Positions 1-11,666 of a stretch of DNA of 64,000 nt are shown here, piece after piece (position 1 is the first letter of the stretch; each line of letters opens with the position of its first letter). Below the pieces are notes generated by a model. It saw nothing but the letters and a program-made list of their open reading frames with translations. It had not been told where the DNA came from and did no database searches. A program made the translations under genes and the position numbers. This DNA is from Picochlorum sp. SENEW3. Taxonomy: Eukaryota. The DNA lies in the NCBI GenBank assembly GCA_034226945.1, contig CP120462.1, positions 248,001-312,000 on the forward strand, written 5' to 3'.

Positions 1-99
1 TGAAGCTTCTGTCGAGTGGTGGAGTTGGCTCATCCTGGCATTGATCATTGTTCAACGCCTGTGCTTCAGTGTGGCCTGTGGAGCATCCTTGGCCACCAT
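1..99 (-). CDS. Possible 5' end of a gene running off the window edge (MVAKDAPQATEAQ...)
   Basis: ATG at 99 on the minus strand, frame open to position 1; divergent from the subunit g gene. No recognisable motif. Confidence 0.25.
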
Positions 100-362
100 G
101 GTGGATGCATCACGCCATGATCCCGAATGCCTCTCTGTCTTCTCTTAATCGATCCATCGATGGACCAGTGAACCCAATATTGATTGACCCAGCTCGAACT
201 TGCTGGGGATTTTTTTCCTTTGCAATGCCTTCCTAAAGAAGAAAAGAAGGAAACCTTCCATGAAAGGAATCCATCTCTGTCATTTTCCTGAATTCGGTTT
301 GCGTCGAGTGTGTAATAAAGATAGTATTAGTAATTATTTAACTATACTTCAGGCGCATAAAG

Positions 363-737
363 ATGGCATCGCGGATATATCAGGCCGCATCAAAGGCAAA
401 GCAGGCGCTGGATCCCTTGTACAAGACTGCTCGCACTGAGACCATCAAGCAGTATGAAATCATGATGAAGAATAACGCTGAATATGTGGTGAAGGATGAG
501 GTCGCTGCAGATAAGCTGGCAAAGCAATGGTTTTTCACGAAAATGTCGAAAATACCTGCAGGTATTGAGCATTCTGAGAAGGAATTGGGAGTGGTCAAGG
601 GCAAGTTATGCAACATAGGTGATCTTTCTGCGCAAGAGATGGGCGTGTATCTTGCGTTTGCGGCAGAATTGTATGCTTGGTTTGCTATTGGTGAGATTGT
701 TGGAAGGGGAGGGTCCATTACTGGATATGACATTTGA
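363..737 (+). CDS. ATP20: Mitochondrial ATP synthase subunit g
   Basis: 124 aa with the C-terminal subunit g signature ELYAWFAIGEIVGRGGSITGY; TGTAA at 758. Confidence 0.9.
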   Translation: MASRIYQAASKAKQALDPLYKTARTETIKQYEIMMKNNAEYVVKDEVAADKLAKQWFFTKMSKIPAGIEHSEKELGVVKGKLCNIGDLSAQEMGVYLAFAAELYAWFAIGEIVGRGGSITGYDI

Positions 738-786
738 TTTGGTCTTGTATAGGAATATGTAATACAAAAATATATAGTAGTAGTAG

Positions 787-2523
787 ATGAGAATGTCGTA
801 TTCTTCAAATTACACGAATAGGGCGGCAAAAACGACTCCTGTCCACCGTGGACATGTGGCACAAACCCACCACTATTCCCACCACTCTGGTGGGGGTGGA
901 AGACGGCGAATGCAGGCGACGCGATGTCAGACTCGTTCTGTAGTCGATAGAAACGTAATATATGGCGATGATGCTGTGCCGCTGAAGAGACGTCGCGGAA
1001 TAAGGTTGCCGACAAGGACGAGTCACATGTCTTCCGTCACGGTGGCCTCCTTTGCTGTCACGATGACGTTGGCATTGAGTTTTGGGTTTTCAAGTTTATA
1101 TAGAAGGACATCAGATAGGGTGGTCGGGGTAGGGGTGGGTGGAGGTGATACGAGTGGTTTTTCTGGTGGAGGTGTTACTCTGGGAGTGATAGTGCATCCT
1201 GATGAAACGAGTACTCTTGGTGGGGCGGCGTGGAAGGATGTCTTGGAGCATATGAACACTCGACTAGGATGGGAAGATCCTGGATATTCGTTGAGGGTGT
1301 ATGGTGTAGGAGAACCAATTGGTGCTGGAGATGTGGATGGCATTATGGCTCTTGGAATCAAGAATGATGATGATGCTGCACAGGTGAAGGCGCAAACAGC
1401 GTCCTACGATTCGTTTATTGCAGTAGATTCAAGTGATATTCTGGTTGATATAAATCGAATACAAGGGTCGGATGTGTCAAAGAAGGGGCGGTACCCTGGG
1501 TTGATAGAAGCAGTAGTAGACATGGTGTTGCCAAAACAAAAGGACGCTAGGGCCGCAGTGGGCAGTATTATGGAGTTGTATGGAAGGAAATCGTCCGATG
1601 ATTTGTTCTACTCGTTTTTAGTTTTCATCAATGTTGCATTGCAACCTGTTCCAGCAGTACAGAATTCTACAAAGAGATCTGATGCAGGTCTGTCAGAATT
1701 ATATTGCATGGTATCCAAATGCGGTTCTGAAATCTTTCAGTGCGTTACTGATCCAGAGTGCAAGACGGCATTGGATTGTTTGAATTCTTGCAGCTTTAAT
1801 GATCAAGTGTGCTCGTATCGATGCATTGCATCGTATGAGTCTGTGCCACTCCAAGAGTTCAGTCTGTGCATTCTGCAAAAGCACAACTGCTTGGGTTTGG
1901 ACGCAAGCATCCCTAGCAAACCTGAACCAAAGCCGATGGCTGAATTTCAAGGACAAAAGATGACACATGCTCTGGCGCAAGACTTGTTCGTCGGGTGGCT
2001 GGATGACGCACAAAGTTCTCTTGATCTTGCAGAAAGAGAAGTGTTTTCATGGAGAGTGTTTGCCGGTAAGAATGCAGCATATGATTACTTCCCCTGCCAA
2101 TTTCAACTCTTTTATCCAGGAAAAGCTAAGAGTAGTTTCTGGTATAGACCAATTTTCAAAGTAAAGACAATCGATGACAGGATTGTGTGGAGAGATAGAT
2201 TGTACAGGGTCCGCCCACAGAACACCCCTGGAACATTCCGATTTTCCGTGCTGGACAATGGCGTCACGAGCTTGGAAGACTGGGTCATCCTGGATTGCCA
2301 TGAAGCATTAGAATGGTGTGTCTTCTCCTACAAAGGTGCTGCTGCAAGAGCAGGGCTTTCATATACAGGTGCCATCCTCGCAAGCCGAGATGGCACCTGG
2401 CCATCGACGAGTGGCGATGTGGAAAGGATTCAAACAAGTTTGGACAAGGCTGGGATTAAAATGTGGGAGTTATCCACTGTTGATAATTCCAATTGTCAAG
2501 ATTTTAGTACATCTGCATTGTAA
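787..2523 (+). CDS. VDR: Violaxanthin de-epoxidase-related protein (Cys-rich + lipocalin-like domain)
   Basis: Cys-rich segment CMVSKC..C..DPECK.ALDCLNSC..NDQVCSYRCIASYES, then the GKNAAYDYFPCQ motif and a lipocalin-like C-terminus; long N-terminal extension. Confidence 0.85.
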   Translation: MRMSYSSNYTNRAAKTTPVHRGHVAQTHHYSHHSGGGGRRRMQATRCQTRSVVDRNVIYGDDAVPLKRRRGIRLPTRTSHMSSVTVASFAVTMTLALSFGFSSLYRRTSDRVVGVGVGGGDTSGFSGGGVTLGVIVHPDETSTLGGAAWKDVLEHMNTRLGWEDPGYSLRVYGVGEPIGAGDVDGIMALGIKNDDDAAQVKAQTASYDSFIAVDSSDILVDINRIQGSDVSKKGRYPGLIEAVVDMVLPKQKDARAAVGSIMELYGRKSSDDLFYSFLVFINVALQPVPAVQNSTKRSDAGLSELYCMVSKCGSEIFQCVTDPECKTALDCLNSCSFNDQVCSYRCIASYESVPLQEFSLCILQKHNCLGLDASIPSKPEPKPMAEFQGQKMTHALAQDLFVGWLDDAQSSLDLAEREVFSWRVFAGKNAAYDYFPCQFQLFYPGKAKSSFWYRPIFKVKTIDDRIVWRDRLYRVRPQNTPGTFRFSVLDNGVTSLEDWVILDCHEALEWCVFSYKGAAARAGLSYTGAILASRDGTWPSTSGDVERIQTSLDKAGIKMWELSTVDNSNCQDFSTSAL

Positions 2524-2567
2524 AACAATCCATCATTGTTGTAGCACATGTAGACAAGAAAAACAGC

Positions 2568-3664
2568 ATGTCGGAGGAGGAAATTTTGAGTCCAGCTGAG
2601 AGGAGAAGACGGAAGATTCTCGAGAGGGGGAACACTAGATTAGAAAAGATAACAGGGTTACAGCAGAAGATACCATCTGATGCAGGTATGGTCTCTTTGT
2701 TTGTTTGTATGAACGATCACATTTCCAATCGAGGACATTGCCACGTACTCATTTGTCGCTGTGCGACTCTATTTTGCATTCAGGGCATGATGAGACGACA
2801 TTTGATGGCAAAAAGATGGATGAAGGTTCATCAATGGGACCCAAATTGCCTGCTCGGAAAGCACCGGGTCGCGAAAAGCAGGTGGACAGGGCGTCTCACT
2901 TGAGCACAGAGGGGCCCCGTGTCGCGGCACAGACGACGAGAAAGGTGGGGACAGCTGCGGATGGTGCATGGACCAAGTATTCGGTAGGGATGTCGTCCCC
3001 TGGGTCAGCAAACAAGAAGAAGAGGACCAGGTCGGCGGGATTGTTGCGTTTGCATTCCTTGACCAAGGTTGAACGGATGAGTGCCTCTATTGCCACATCA
3101 CAGGGATTGAGAATGATGGCAGTTTTTCTCGTGTCGCTGCTCCTATGTCTATTCAAGGATGGAACACATACCCAATTGGCTACAGATAGGGATATCCGCG
3201 CGAGCTATCAAAGAGCTGTTGCATCCTGCTCACAGACTGTTCAGCGTTTTGATGCTGGCACCATGACTCAATGTCTTTCTAGGAGTCACAAGTACGGCGT
3301 ACAAAAGATCCAACGATCTGCTTTTGAGTACATTCCACCAGGACTTTTGCTACATGTATTGAACAACAAACCCATGCTGTTTGTATTTGCCGTAAGCTTG
3401 GGAGTAATATTGTCAGTATTCCTTGTGTCATACATGAGTCCATCAATACTTGAAAAGCACGTGGATGGAGGCGATGATTCTTCAATACAACAAAATGAGT
3501 TCAGCATCATGAGTAAAATGGTCAAGTTGCTCCCTCCACATGTAGCAAAAGTACTCAAGAGCGTCAACTTGTTTAAAACTCTCATCAATACACTGTTTCT
3601 CGATGCTGGATATTACATAGTCATTTCGGTTTCGTATCAGTTATTACCATTAGCTTGGAGTTGA
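2568..3664 (+). CDS. GET2/CAML-like ER membrane protein (2 exons; intron 2686-2783)
   Basis: N-terminal basic motif AERRRRKILERGNTRLEKITG typical of GET2/CAML; GT-AG intron joins the two ORFs in frame; C-terminal hydrophobic segments. Confidence 0.65.
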
Positions 3665-3692
3665 ATGTAAATACCATGGTAATGTGAGATTT

Positions 3693-4258
3693 TTAATCTG
3701 CTTTCACAGCTGTAGCAGCAGGTGCAACAGCATCCAAGGGGGGCTTTTCTGTTTGAGGCTCCTCCTCCATCTTTCTCTTTTTCGGATTATTTCTCTGCAG
3801 GAAATCAGCCAGCCATTCAACTGGATCATCGGGTCTCCTTCGTACAAGCTGTTGCATTCCTTGCATCACTACACCAACAACTGCACACAACAACAACAAT
3901 CATGGTCAACAAACAAACCGGTCCTCACCACTAAACATGTGCCTGAAGCATTCTGCATACCTGTGGTCTCAAGATATTTTCTCACAGGCATTGTTTTCAG
4001 ATCTTCCTCAGTTGGTTCTTCCTTCACTGGTGCTGCTTTATCGCCTTCATCCTTTTTCTTGGCTCCTCCAGCATCTTTCGATTTCTCAACAACGGTCTCA
4101 GGTTGTCCCTCACCCCCCTTTGGGTTTTCCGCTTTTTTCGAATCATCTTCTGCAGATGGTGGCATATCTGCTTGTTTCTCCTCAGCATTGTCCGTTACCA
4201 TGGCCTCCCCAGTTCCAGGAGGAACGAGTGTATTTTCTTGTTTCTGCTTAGTCGACAT
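3693..4258 (-). CDS. Dpy-30 motif protein (2 exons; intron 3881-3960)
   Basis: Spliced product MPVRKYLETT|VVGVVMQGMQQLVRRRPDDPVEWLADFL matches the Dpy-30 motif; acidic N-terminus. Confidence 0.8.
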
Positions 4259-4481
4259 GACTATTTCCACTACCCTTCTTTATTCAAACACGGATACTAT
4301 AAAATTATACCGATCTGTATCAGAAATTTGTATTATTAATGGTCCAGTGTTGCAAGATGGCCCTGCATTGTCGACATGGAGTCCAAGCTTTAAAAGATGG
4401 AAGATGCAGCAATGTTGTGATCAGCTGCCATCATGTGTGATGATGCAATTCCTTATATTCTGAATATAAATTCAACATGAA

Positions 4482-7400
4482 ATGCGTGGATTCGATTCCA
4501 TTAGTGCGGCGGAAACTGAGTGCCTGACAGCAGCACAGGAAGTCGAACGGGAGACTGGCTCTCTTAGGGTACCCATTTCATCTCGGATCGGCCGCAAAAC
4601 AAAGTTATGGATCTCTGTGTCTATTTTTATCATTGTAGTAATCGTCTTTGGGCTGCTAGGGATATTCGTAGGCAAATATATTCCTGTTGACAGCAACTGG
4701 GAAGAAGAACTGAAATCCTGTGGTCTTTGGAGCATTGATCTGGATGATTATTCTAGCGCCGTCCTGCAGATATTCGAGCCAAAGGAGTACAATGTTTCGC
4801 TACATTTTGATACAGAATTGTTTCGTGTCGATACCCAAGAGCCAGGGTTTGAAGGCCAGACAAGGGTTACTGTGAGAATGCATCAGAGTGTTTCCTGTTT
4901 ACTATTCCATGCTGATAATCTTACGGTCGATGCTATTGGTGTTTCAAAGCCTGGGACGTCTGAGATTTCAATTTGTTCAGATACAAAAGCGTGTCAGCAT
5001 GAGTTTGTTTTGTTGCACAAACAGGCAAAGCCTGCTCAGAGTTTTGAGCAGAATTTATACACCCTTCATTGGCCGGGTCGCATTTTTGAGAAGGATGCAA
5101 CTTACGTGATCTCTATTGTGTATCGCGGGGTCGTTTCGGATAAAGCTACGGAGCTAGGTTTGCATCGATCGAAACATGTCATATGTGAGAACACAGCAAA
5201 GGGAAATATTGATGATGGATGTCAAGAATGTGTCGCTGTGGGGTCACAATTGGAGAGAAATGGAGCTCGAAGAGTTTTTCCATGCCTTGATTCTCCTCTT
5301 TCCAAGTCGATATTCCATATTCGTGTAGAGGCGCCTTATGATGAGGCACCTGTAGTTTTGAGTAATGGGAAGCAGAGCCACTTGTTCAATTCATCTGATG
5401 GGGCCTCTCGGGTTGTTGTTTTCGAGTCAACGCCGATCATGTCTACGTACTTGGTTGCTTTTGTATCAGGAAAGTTTGATGTGGTATCCTCAAGGTCGAT
5501 AGAGGAGGTTCAGGATAGCATATATGAAGTACGAGGATGGTCAATCCGTGGAAAGGATTGTATATCTCCAGCAGTTGTTGCAGGTGTAAAGGCGCTTGAA
5601 TTCTATACAGATATGTTTCATCTAGAGCAGCCGCAGAAAGTCTTTGATTTTGTCGCTTTTCCAGGACGAAAGGGGGCCATGGAGAACTGGGGTTTGCTGA
5701 TCTTTGATGAAGTACGCCTACTTGATAGAAACGGGTCGTTTTGGCATTATCAAATGCTGTCAGTTGTGTGCCATGAGGTGGCTCATCAGTGGCTCGGGAA
5801 TATGATGACTGCAAAGAATTGGACCGAGTTATTTCTGAATGAAGGTTTTGCTGTCACAGTGGAATATTACTGCTTGCATCATATAGACAGCAGGCTTTCA
5901 ACTAATGTGTTTCGATTTATAGGCATTACACCCGGAGGAGAGAAGCAGCATGTCCATGATGGAATAGTTCAAAATAATTTGCACTGCACGGATCCTTTAC
6001 TCTGTGGCCCATTGGTTCCAAAATCTGACCTTGACTTGGACGACAGCCTTGTATACTCAAGGGGGGCTATTGCACTGTATTCTCTTTTGAATGAAGACTA
6101 TTTATTCTCTACATTGCAGGATTTATTGAAGGAGTACTCTTTTGGTACCATTGATATTCTGAACGTAATTGAGCAGAAAAAAAAAAGCAATTTCAATCTA
6201 GGGCTTGATGCTTTTTCTAGCATTGATGCTTTTCCTAATAACGTTAATTCTTCTGCCGGGAGCCGTACGTAGACAATCATATCCATACACTGTAGGATAT
6301 ATCGTGATTTCGAGTTTCATTGTTCATGTTGCAGTTGCTCCATTACTGTTCCTTCCGGCAGGATTGCTGGGAATAGTGGGTAATAAGACTGACAGGAACA
6401 TCTCTGCCATTCAAGTCAGAGCCTTTTGTGCATGGAATTCTTCTCATATCAATACTAATGGTATTGATGGGGCTAAACTGGAGAGATTGAGAACGTGCCA
6501 AAATCTATTGGGGGAGATGGAGCATCCTTATCTGGACTTTGTGCCTCAATGTGGCTCTGATCATGTTTCGACAGAGAACAGTTATTCGCCTTCAGCTGCA
6601 GTAGGCCCCAACATAAATCTACACACTATGAGGATTCGATATCAATTGAGCCAAGTGTCTGAGATGATTGATATGCTTCTGCAAGATGACAAATCATGCC
6701 ATTTTGAAGATTTCAGAAACAAGCTGATTTTTTTAGCCAACCTTATGCTTGATCATTACGAGATAGCATTGCTAGAAGACAGTCAAGCCTTGAGTGTTAC
6801 ACTATTCGTGCTGGATTTTATTGGTGCTACCATTCAGGATTTTCCTCGAGGACTTTCTGAATATCTTCTCCTTGCTCCAGCATACCAAATATTGGCAGAC
6901 TTGGAGGATTTGGCTCGAAAAAGTTCCTATGTCGATAACAATGAATGTGCTCTGAAACTGCAAGACATATTTTATACACTCTATCCCGAGTATGACGCTG
7001 AACTGAAGATGAAAGGAAGCAACCAGGAGGATGAATATTTGCGTCATGTAGCTCATCCAGATTTGATTTTGCGCATTCTTTTATATCCCGTACAGTACGA
7101 ATCTCTCGGAAACCATCAGGAAACTACTCATCAAAATTCTGAGATGTCTCAGAATTGGATTGCTTCCCTCTGTAGCCATTCTGGATCCACACCCTTATTT
7201 CTGCACTACCTTGTCTCAAGCAATGAAGCGCATGGCCAAGAAAGACCTGCTGTCAGCGTGGACCTCTACACTACAATATATGGTGTACTTGCATGTGGGC
7301 TTTGTGAAGAATCGCCTTCAGCAAACGACATGGCGCGTGCATTATCCAAGTGCTACCTTGGGGAAGAAGATATTGCAGAGGGAACCAGATGCTTGCATAG

Positions 7401-7797
7401 CATTATTTATGTGCAAGAATATGCGATAGTAAAGGAAACACTGCAGAGTATTTTAACTACAGAACCACATCCAAAGAGTGAGATAGTGGATGTCTGCGCG
7501 GATGTGGCGCATACCGTAGTTCTCATGTCCTGGAGAGGAGGGCAAGATGGTTTAGAGAAAGCAATATCATTACTCGAAGACATGGGTGGTGATGTGGCAT
7601 GTGTGGCATTAAAAGATATCAGAACGCCACGAATATCTTCTGATATTGAAAAATTGTCAAAAGTTGTAGCCAAGTATGCAGCACGGTGCAATCCCTCTCT
7701 GATTACCAGCTGGCATGGCAGGTTGGCCCAGGCACATGCTTCAGAGCAAAACATTGTACATGCTCTTTGTGCCCCTGCATCTGGAAGGCCAGGATAA
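4482..7797 (+). CDS. Membrane-anchored M1-family zinc aminopeptidase (2 exons; intron 6265-6334)
   Basis: GAMEN, HEVAH-x18-E, ARRVFPCLD and the VYSRG catalytic Tyr; N-terminal TM helix; 70-nt GTACGT...GCAG intron joins the 596-aa and 530-aa ORFs in phase. Confidence 0.85.
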
Positions 7798-7869
7798 AGT
7801 TGATTACATATTCCGTTGAGTTTCATATGCAATAGAGTTTAGAGGTGCAATCAATTTGAGCCAAAGACT

Positions 7870-8077
7870 TTATTTCGGCGCAGAAGATGAGGTGTTCTTC
7901 ACCATGCTCCCAGACGAAGTCTTACTCGGGGCAGCTGTCTCGTCATCCTCTCCAGCGGATGCAGCTTTCTTGATGAGTCGCTACATATGCATAAAAGTTC
8001 AAATTTATTTCTAAAAATCATAAACTCCATTCAAGAGCAGCATTCCGTGAACTCACAATACAGCAGCAAATAGGCAT
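7870..8077 (-). CDS. Putative 43-aa micropeptide (exons 8077-8057 and 7980-7870)
   Basis: ATG 8077, GTGAGT donor, 76-nt intron ending TAG, in-phase exon 2 to TAA; minus-strand TGTAA at 7808-7804. Product MPICCCIRLIKKAASAGEDDETAAPSKTSSGSMVKNTSSSAPK. Confidence 0.55.
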
Positions 8078-8378
8078 ATTTCCTCTGTTAACAGAACGTT
8101 GGTATGAACAAAACTACAGTTGTCACACTTGAAATTGTAATTTACACTTATTACGGTATACGTTGCCCGCAAAATTGAACTTTGATCAATTTTTTTTGGT
8201 TTCGGGGCCAATCATCGCAGAATTTCGGCAAGGAGGCGTAGCGTAATTCCGTTGTTGTGTGCCTCGACAGGTACCAAGGAGAGGCGCCCACTGAATCTGG
8301 GCGCCATGGCCATGATCTGGACGAATCTAGATTTGTCGATATGCATCGCACTGATTATCACATTATCTCCAGCAGTCA

Positions 8379-11345
8379 TTAGAAAAAGTGGTTTCCCTGG
8401 CTCGCTGTCGGAGAGACTGGATGATTTGGATCCGTAATTTCCCGTGATCTTGTCTCCAATGCTGGGAAATCTCCGATAGAGAAAGGGTCTCTAGAGAACA
8501 CATGGGCTCGCCTCTTCTTTTGTTCTCCTTCAAAGTTGCGGTCAAGATCTTCGAATCGTTCACCAGCATTCGTGACAGGCCTGAACTTGCTCATTCCAGT
8601 TGGTCCGATACCAACCATGGCAAACTTTCTTTGACGGCCGAGAGACGCTGTACTAGGTTTCAAAGCTTTCAGTGATCCTTCTACCAAAGCATCTTCTTCT
8701 TTGAAGTGATATGCTAATGCTGACCATATCATCTGCTTTGATAAAACCTTCGGATTCCCTAGAATAACCAAGCCGAACCTTGCTCTAGTAAGAGCCACGT
8801 TCAATCTCCTTGGATCTGACAGAAATCCAATACCTTGATGCTCGTTGGACCTGACACATGACAAGATTATATAATCTTTTTCTCTGCCTTGAAACGAATC
8901 TACGCTAGCCACTTCTATCTCATCATACAAATTTTGCGAGAGAGTTCCATTTCTTGTCATCAAAGACACGACATGAGCCCTTTGACCTTCATATGGTGTG
9001 ATGATTCCAATTTGCCCTGGCCTAATTCCATTTCTCAAGAGATGCGTCACAAGTTTTTCAACAGCAGTGGCTTCTGTTCTATTTAAATATGATGTTCCAG
9101 AAGATGAGATTTCCTCAGCTCCCAGTTGAGACCAGAACATTAAAGGGGTGTCTGGATTTGGCCAAGGAAGGCTGACTGAATGAATGCGCTCTGCAGCACT
9201 CACGCCGTTCTGAAGAGCGCCTTCGTAAAACATATTAGAAGGGAAAGCAGAAAGAGCTGGGTGCATCCTGTATTGTACGGCTAATCTAATTGGCTTGATA
9301 CCTAGTAACATGAGCCTCTCGAATAAACTTTGACATAGTCCAGCATCAGCAGCCTTTTTATTCACGATCACTGGTCCCAGCTGGCAATGATCCCCAACCA
9401 AGACAGCCTGTTTGCAACCCATGACTAAAGGAATCAATGCCTCTGGTTCCACGGCTTGGGTAGCTTCATCAATAAGCACCCTTCTAAAACTAAAGTTGGC
9501 TAGCCTAGAATCTCCTGCCCCAACACAAGTCACACAAATAACATCGGCCGCGCTGAGGACTTTCTTTTCCAATGTACGCAAAATATAGCGATATTTCTTC
9601 TCGTCATGTGGAGCAAGTTCGTCCAATTCGTTCCTTAGCAGCTGCAGTTTCCGCAGCTCAGCTGCAGCAGGTATATCAAGATTCTGGATCTGGTATTGCA
9701 AGGTTAGATTCTCAACGGAACTCCCTACTTCTTCTCTTGTCTTTGATAGCATACGGACCACCCGTAGACCTGTTAACGAGATTCTCTCAGCCAAATGATC
9801 CACAGCAATATTGGATGGTGCTGTCACCAAGACCTGTCCTTTCCCTTGCTTTGCTAAATGATACACAATCGTGGCTGAAGTGACGGTCTTTCCTGTACCA
9901 GGAGGACCTTGAATTAATGATAATGGCTCTGACAACACCCTCTTAACTGCATGCATCTGTGAGTGATTCAAAGGTGGCAATCCTGGAGCAGAAAGCCGCT
10001 TTGGCATTGTTGACTTCACGGAAGGCGTTGGCACGGTATGCCCCAGAATAGAATGATAAATATACCCAGAAACAGATGTATCATCTGCTACGAAAGATCG
10101 AAGGGCATTCTGCATCCTCTCATATGATACTCCCCTCCACACGAATTCTACTGAATACCCGCCATTTACATGCACTGGCGGACCCTTACTGCTCGGCTCT
10201 TGCGGTTCCGACGATTTCATATTCTTAGATCTATTCTTAGATCTACGATTATGGCTTCTAGTGGTTCCTGCCGGATGAATTTCCAAATGAATTTCCTCTG
10301 TTGCCTTGTCTAGTCGAATCACAGTTCCTACCCCTTCCCATGGTGGGCTCCCCAGTGAAGGACACGGATGCTTCAGCCTCAATTCATCTCCAACCATGAC
10401 TTTAGAATCCGCCCCATCATTAGGGAAACTAAACTTCGCAAGGTGCCTCATATTCAATGCTGTATCCCATTTTACCTGAACATTATGCCTTACTTGACTC
10501 TCTTTCACCATTTTTTCATACTCAGCCTCTAAATGAATCAATGACCCAAATACAGACTCGTATATCCCTGCATCTCCGTAATGCAGGGCAACAGGAAGGC
10601 ATTCCTCCTCCAGATTGCCATACCATGCCAGATCATCGAGGGTTGCCTCCCCCTGTCCATTCTTCCACATATCTTCCAAACGACTCGCTTCTTCGATCCG
10701 AAGTCGTTTACACTTTCTCAACTCCTCCGCACTAGGATGTTTTACTAACCAATCGACAAAAGCTCTATCTTGTATCAGTGGCTGCCACTGGCTCATATCC
10801 ACATTCAAATCCTTAATGGCGGGGTGTGAAGCTGGAATATCCCTTCCCAATAAAACCACAGTGTTTTCATCCGGTAAAGCAACAAATCCAAGAGAGAATA
10901 CATTCTTATTCCCCGTAGCATAGCACTCCAAAACAGTCTCACCAAGAGGTGACTGTTTATGCAACACCACCTCTTTCCTCCCAGACTTGACCAAATGAGT
11001 CACAATACAGGAAGCATTATTCACTGAACGACCATTACAGAACCATTTACCGGTACCAACACACTTGACCACACTTGCTGGTGACTGCATCCCACAGTAC
11101 GCACACGTCCACTCAGGACGCTCCTCTTCTCCAAAGAATTCCTGCTCTATCCCATCATCCATGGCCACATGTTGCTTACCTTCGCCTGTAATATCCACAA
11201 CCATGTTCCGAAATTCATCTTCTACTGCAGAATAGACGTTCTCGCCGTAATCATCCAAAAGATCCTTGGCTCCACCACCAAACATGGACAGGTCAATGTC
11301 CAAGCCTCCGGCACGCTCTGACCATTCTCGGTTCTCAGAACTCAT
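8379..11345 (-). CDS. UPF1: Regulator of nonsense transcripts 1, SF1 RNA helicase
   Basis: N-terminal CH domain, Walker A QGPPGTGKT, DEATQ, GDHCQL, QYRMHP, FQGREKD and RRLNVALTRAR; single exon. Confidence 0.97.
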   Translation of the reverse strand: MSSENREWSERAGGLDIDLSMFGGGAKDLLDDYGENVYSAVEDEFRNMVVDITGEGKQHVAMDDGIEQEFFGEEERPEWTCAYCGMQSPASVVKCVGTGKWFCNGRSVNNASCIVTHLVKSGRKEVVLHKQSPLGETVLECYATGNKNVFSLGFVALPDENTVVLLGRDIPASHPAIKDLNVDMSQWQPLIQDRAFVDWLVKHPSAEELRKCKRLRIEEASRLEDMWKNGQGEATLDDLAWYGNLEEECLPVALHYGDAGIYESVFGSLIHLEAEYEKMVKESQVRHNVQVKWDTALNMRHLAKFSFPNDGADSKVMVGDELRLKHPCPSLGSPPWEGVGTVIRLDKATEEIHLEIHPAGTTRSHNRRSKNRSKNMKSSEPQEPSSKGPPVHVNGGYSVEFVWRGVSYERMQNALRSFVADDTSVSGYIYHSILGHTVPTPSVKSTMPKRLSAPGLPPLNHSQMHAVKRVLSEPLSLIQGPPGTGKTVTSATIVYHLAKQGKGQVLVTAPSNIAVDHLAERISLTGLRVVRMLSKTREEVGSSVENLTLQYQIQNLDIPAAAELRKLQLLRNELDELAPHDEKKYRYILRTLEKKVLSAADVICVTCVGAGDSRLANFSFRRVLIDEATQAVEPEALIPLVMGCKQAVLVGDHCQLGPVIVNKKAADAGLCQSLFERLMLLGIKPIRLAVQYRMHPALSAFPSNMFYEGALQNGVSAAERIHSVSLPWPNPDTPLMFWSQLGAEEISSSGTSYLNRTEATAVEKLVTHLLRNGIRPGQIGIITPYEGQRAHVVSLMTRNGTLSQNLYDEIEVASVDSFQGREKDYIILSCVRSNEHQGIGFLSDPRRLNVALTRARFGLVILGNPKVLSKQMIWSALAYHFKEEDALVEGSLKALKPSTASLGRQRKFAMVGIGPTGMSKFRPVTNAGERFEDLDRNFEGEQKKRRAHVFSRDPFSIGDFPALETRSREITDPNHPVSPTASQGNHFF

Positions 11346-11666
11346 TATTAATTGAAAGAATTAACTTCTTTGGGCAGGGACTATGGCATTATGAAAAACA
11401 TGGGTGGCCAAACTATTTTAAATCCGATCCGGCCGGATTTAAGAAGATCTCAGATTTGAATTGGACAGAATCAGACAAACGCAATCATGGCCTTGCCCGA
11501 CCAGTTATATTCATATTTTTATCCCAAGGTATGTAGAGAAATGCAAAGGGAACAATAAATAGGCTTTGTTCCCCGGTCAACGCTGGTATACGGCACTCCT
11601 GAGCTACTTTTTCTATTTCTTCTTGCACTTGTGTAGATTTCATTTCGCGATATTGTAAGGAGAAAA

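Noticed and set aside
3684..4463. Long antisense or alternate-frame ORFs (e.g. 3684-4463, 380-1015, 15481-16326, 11841-12257)
   Set aside because: They overlap well-supported genes and show no independent motifs.
6177..6186. A10 run near the overlap of the two aminopeptidase ORFs, suggesting a frameshift
   Set aside because: A canonical 70-nt intron (6265-6334) joins the ORFs in phase, so no frameshift is needed.
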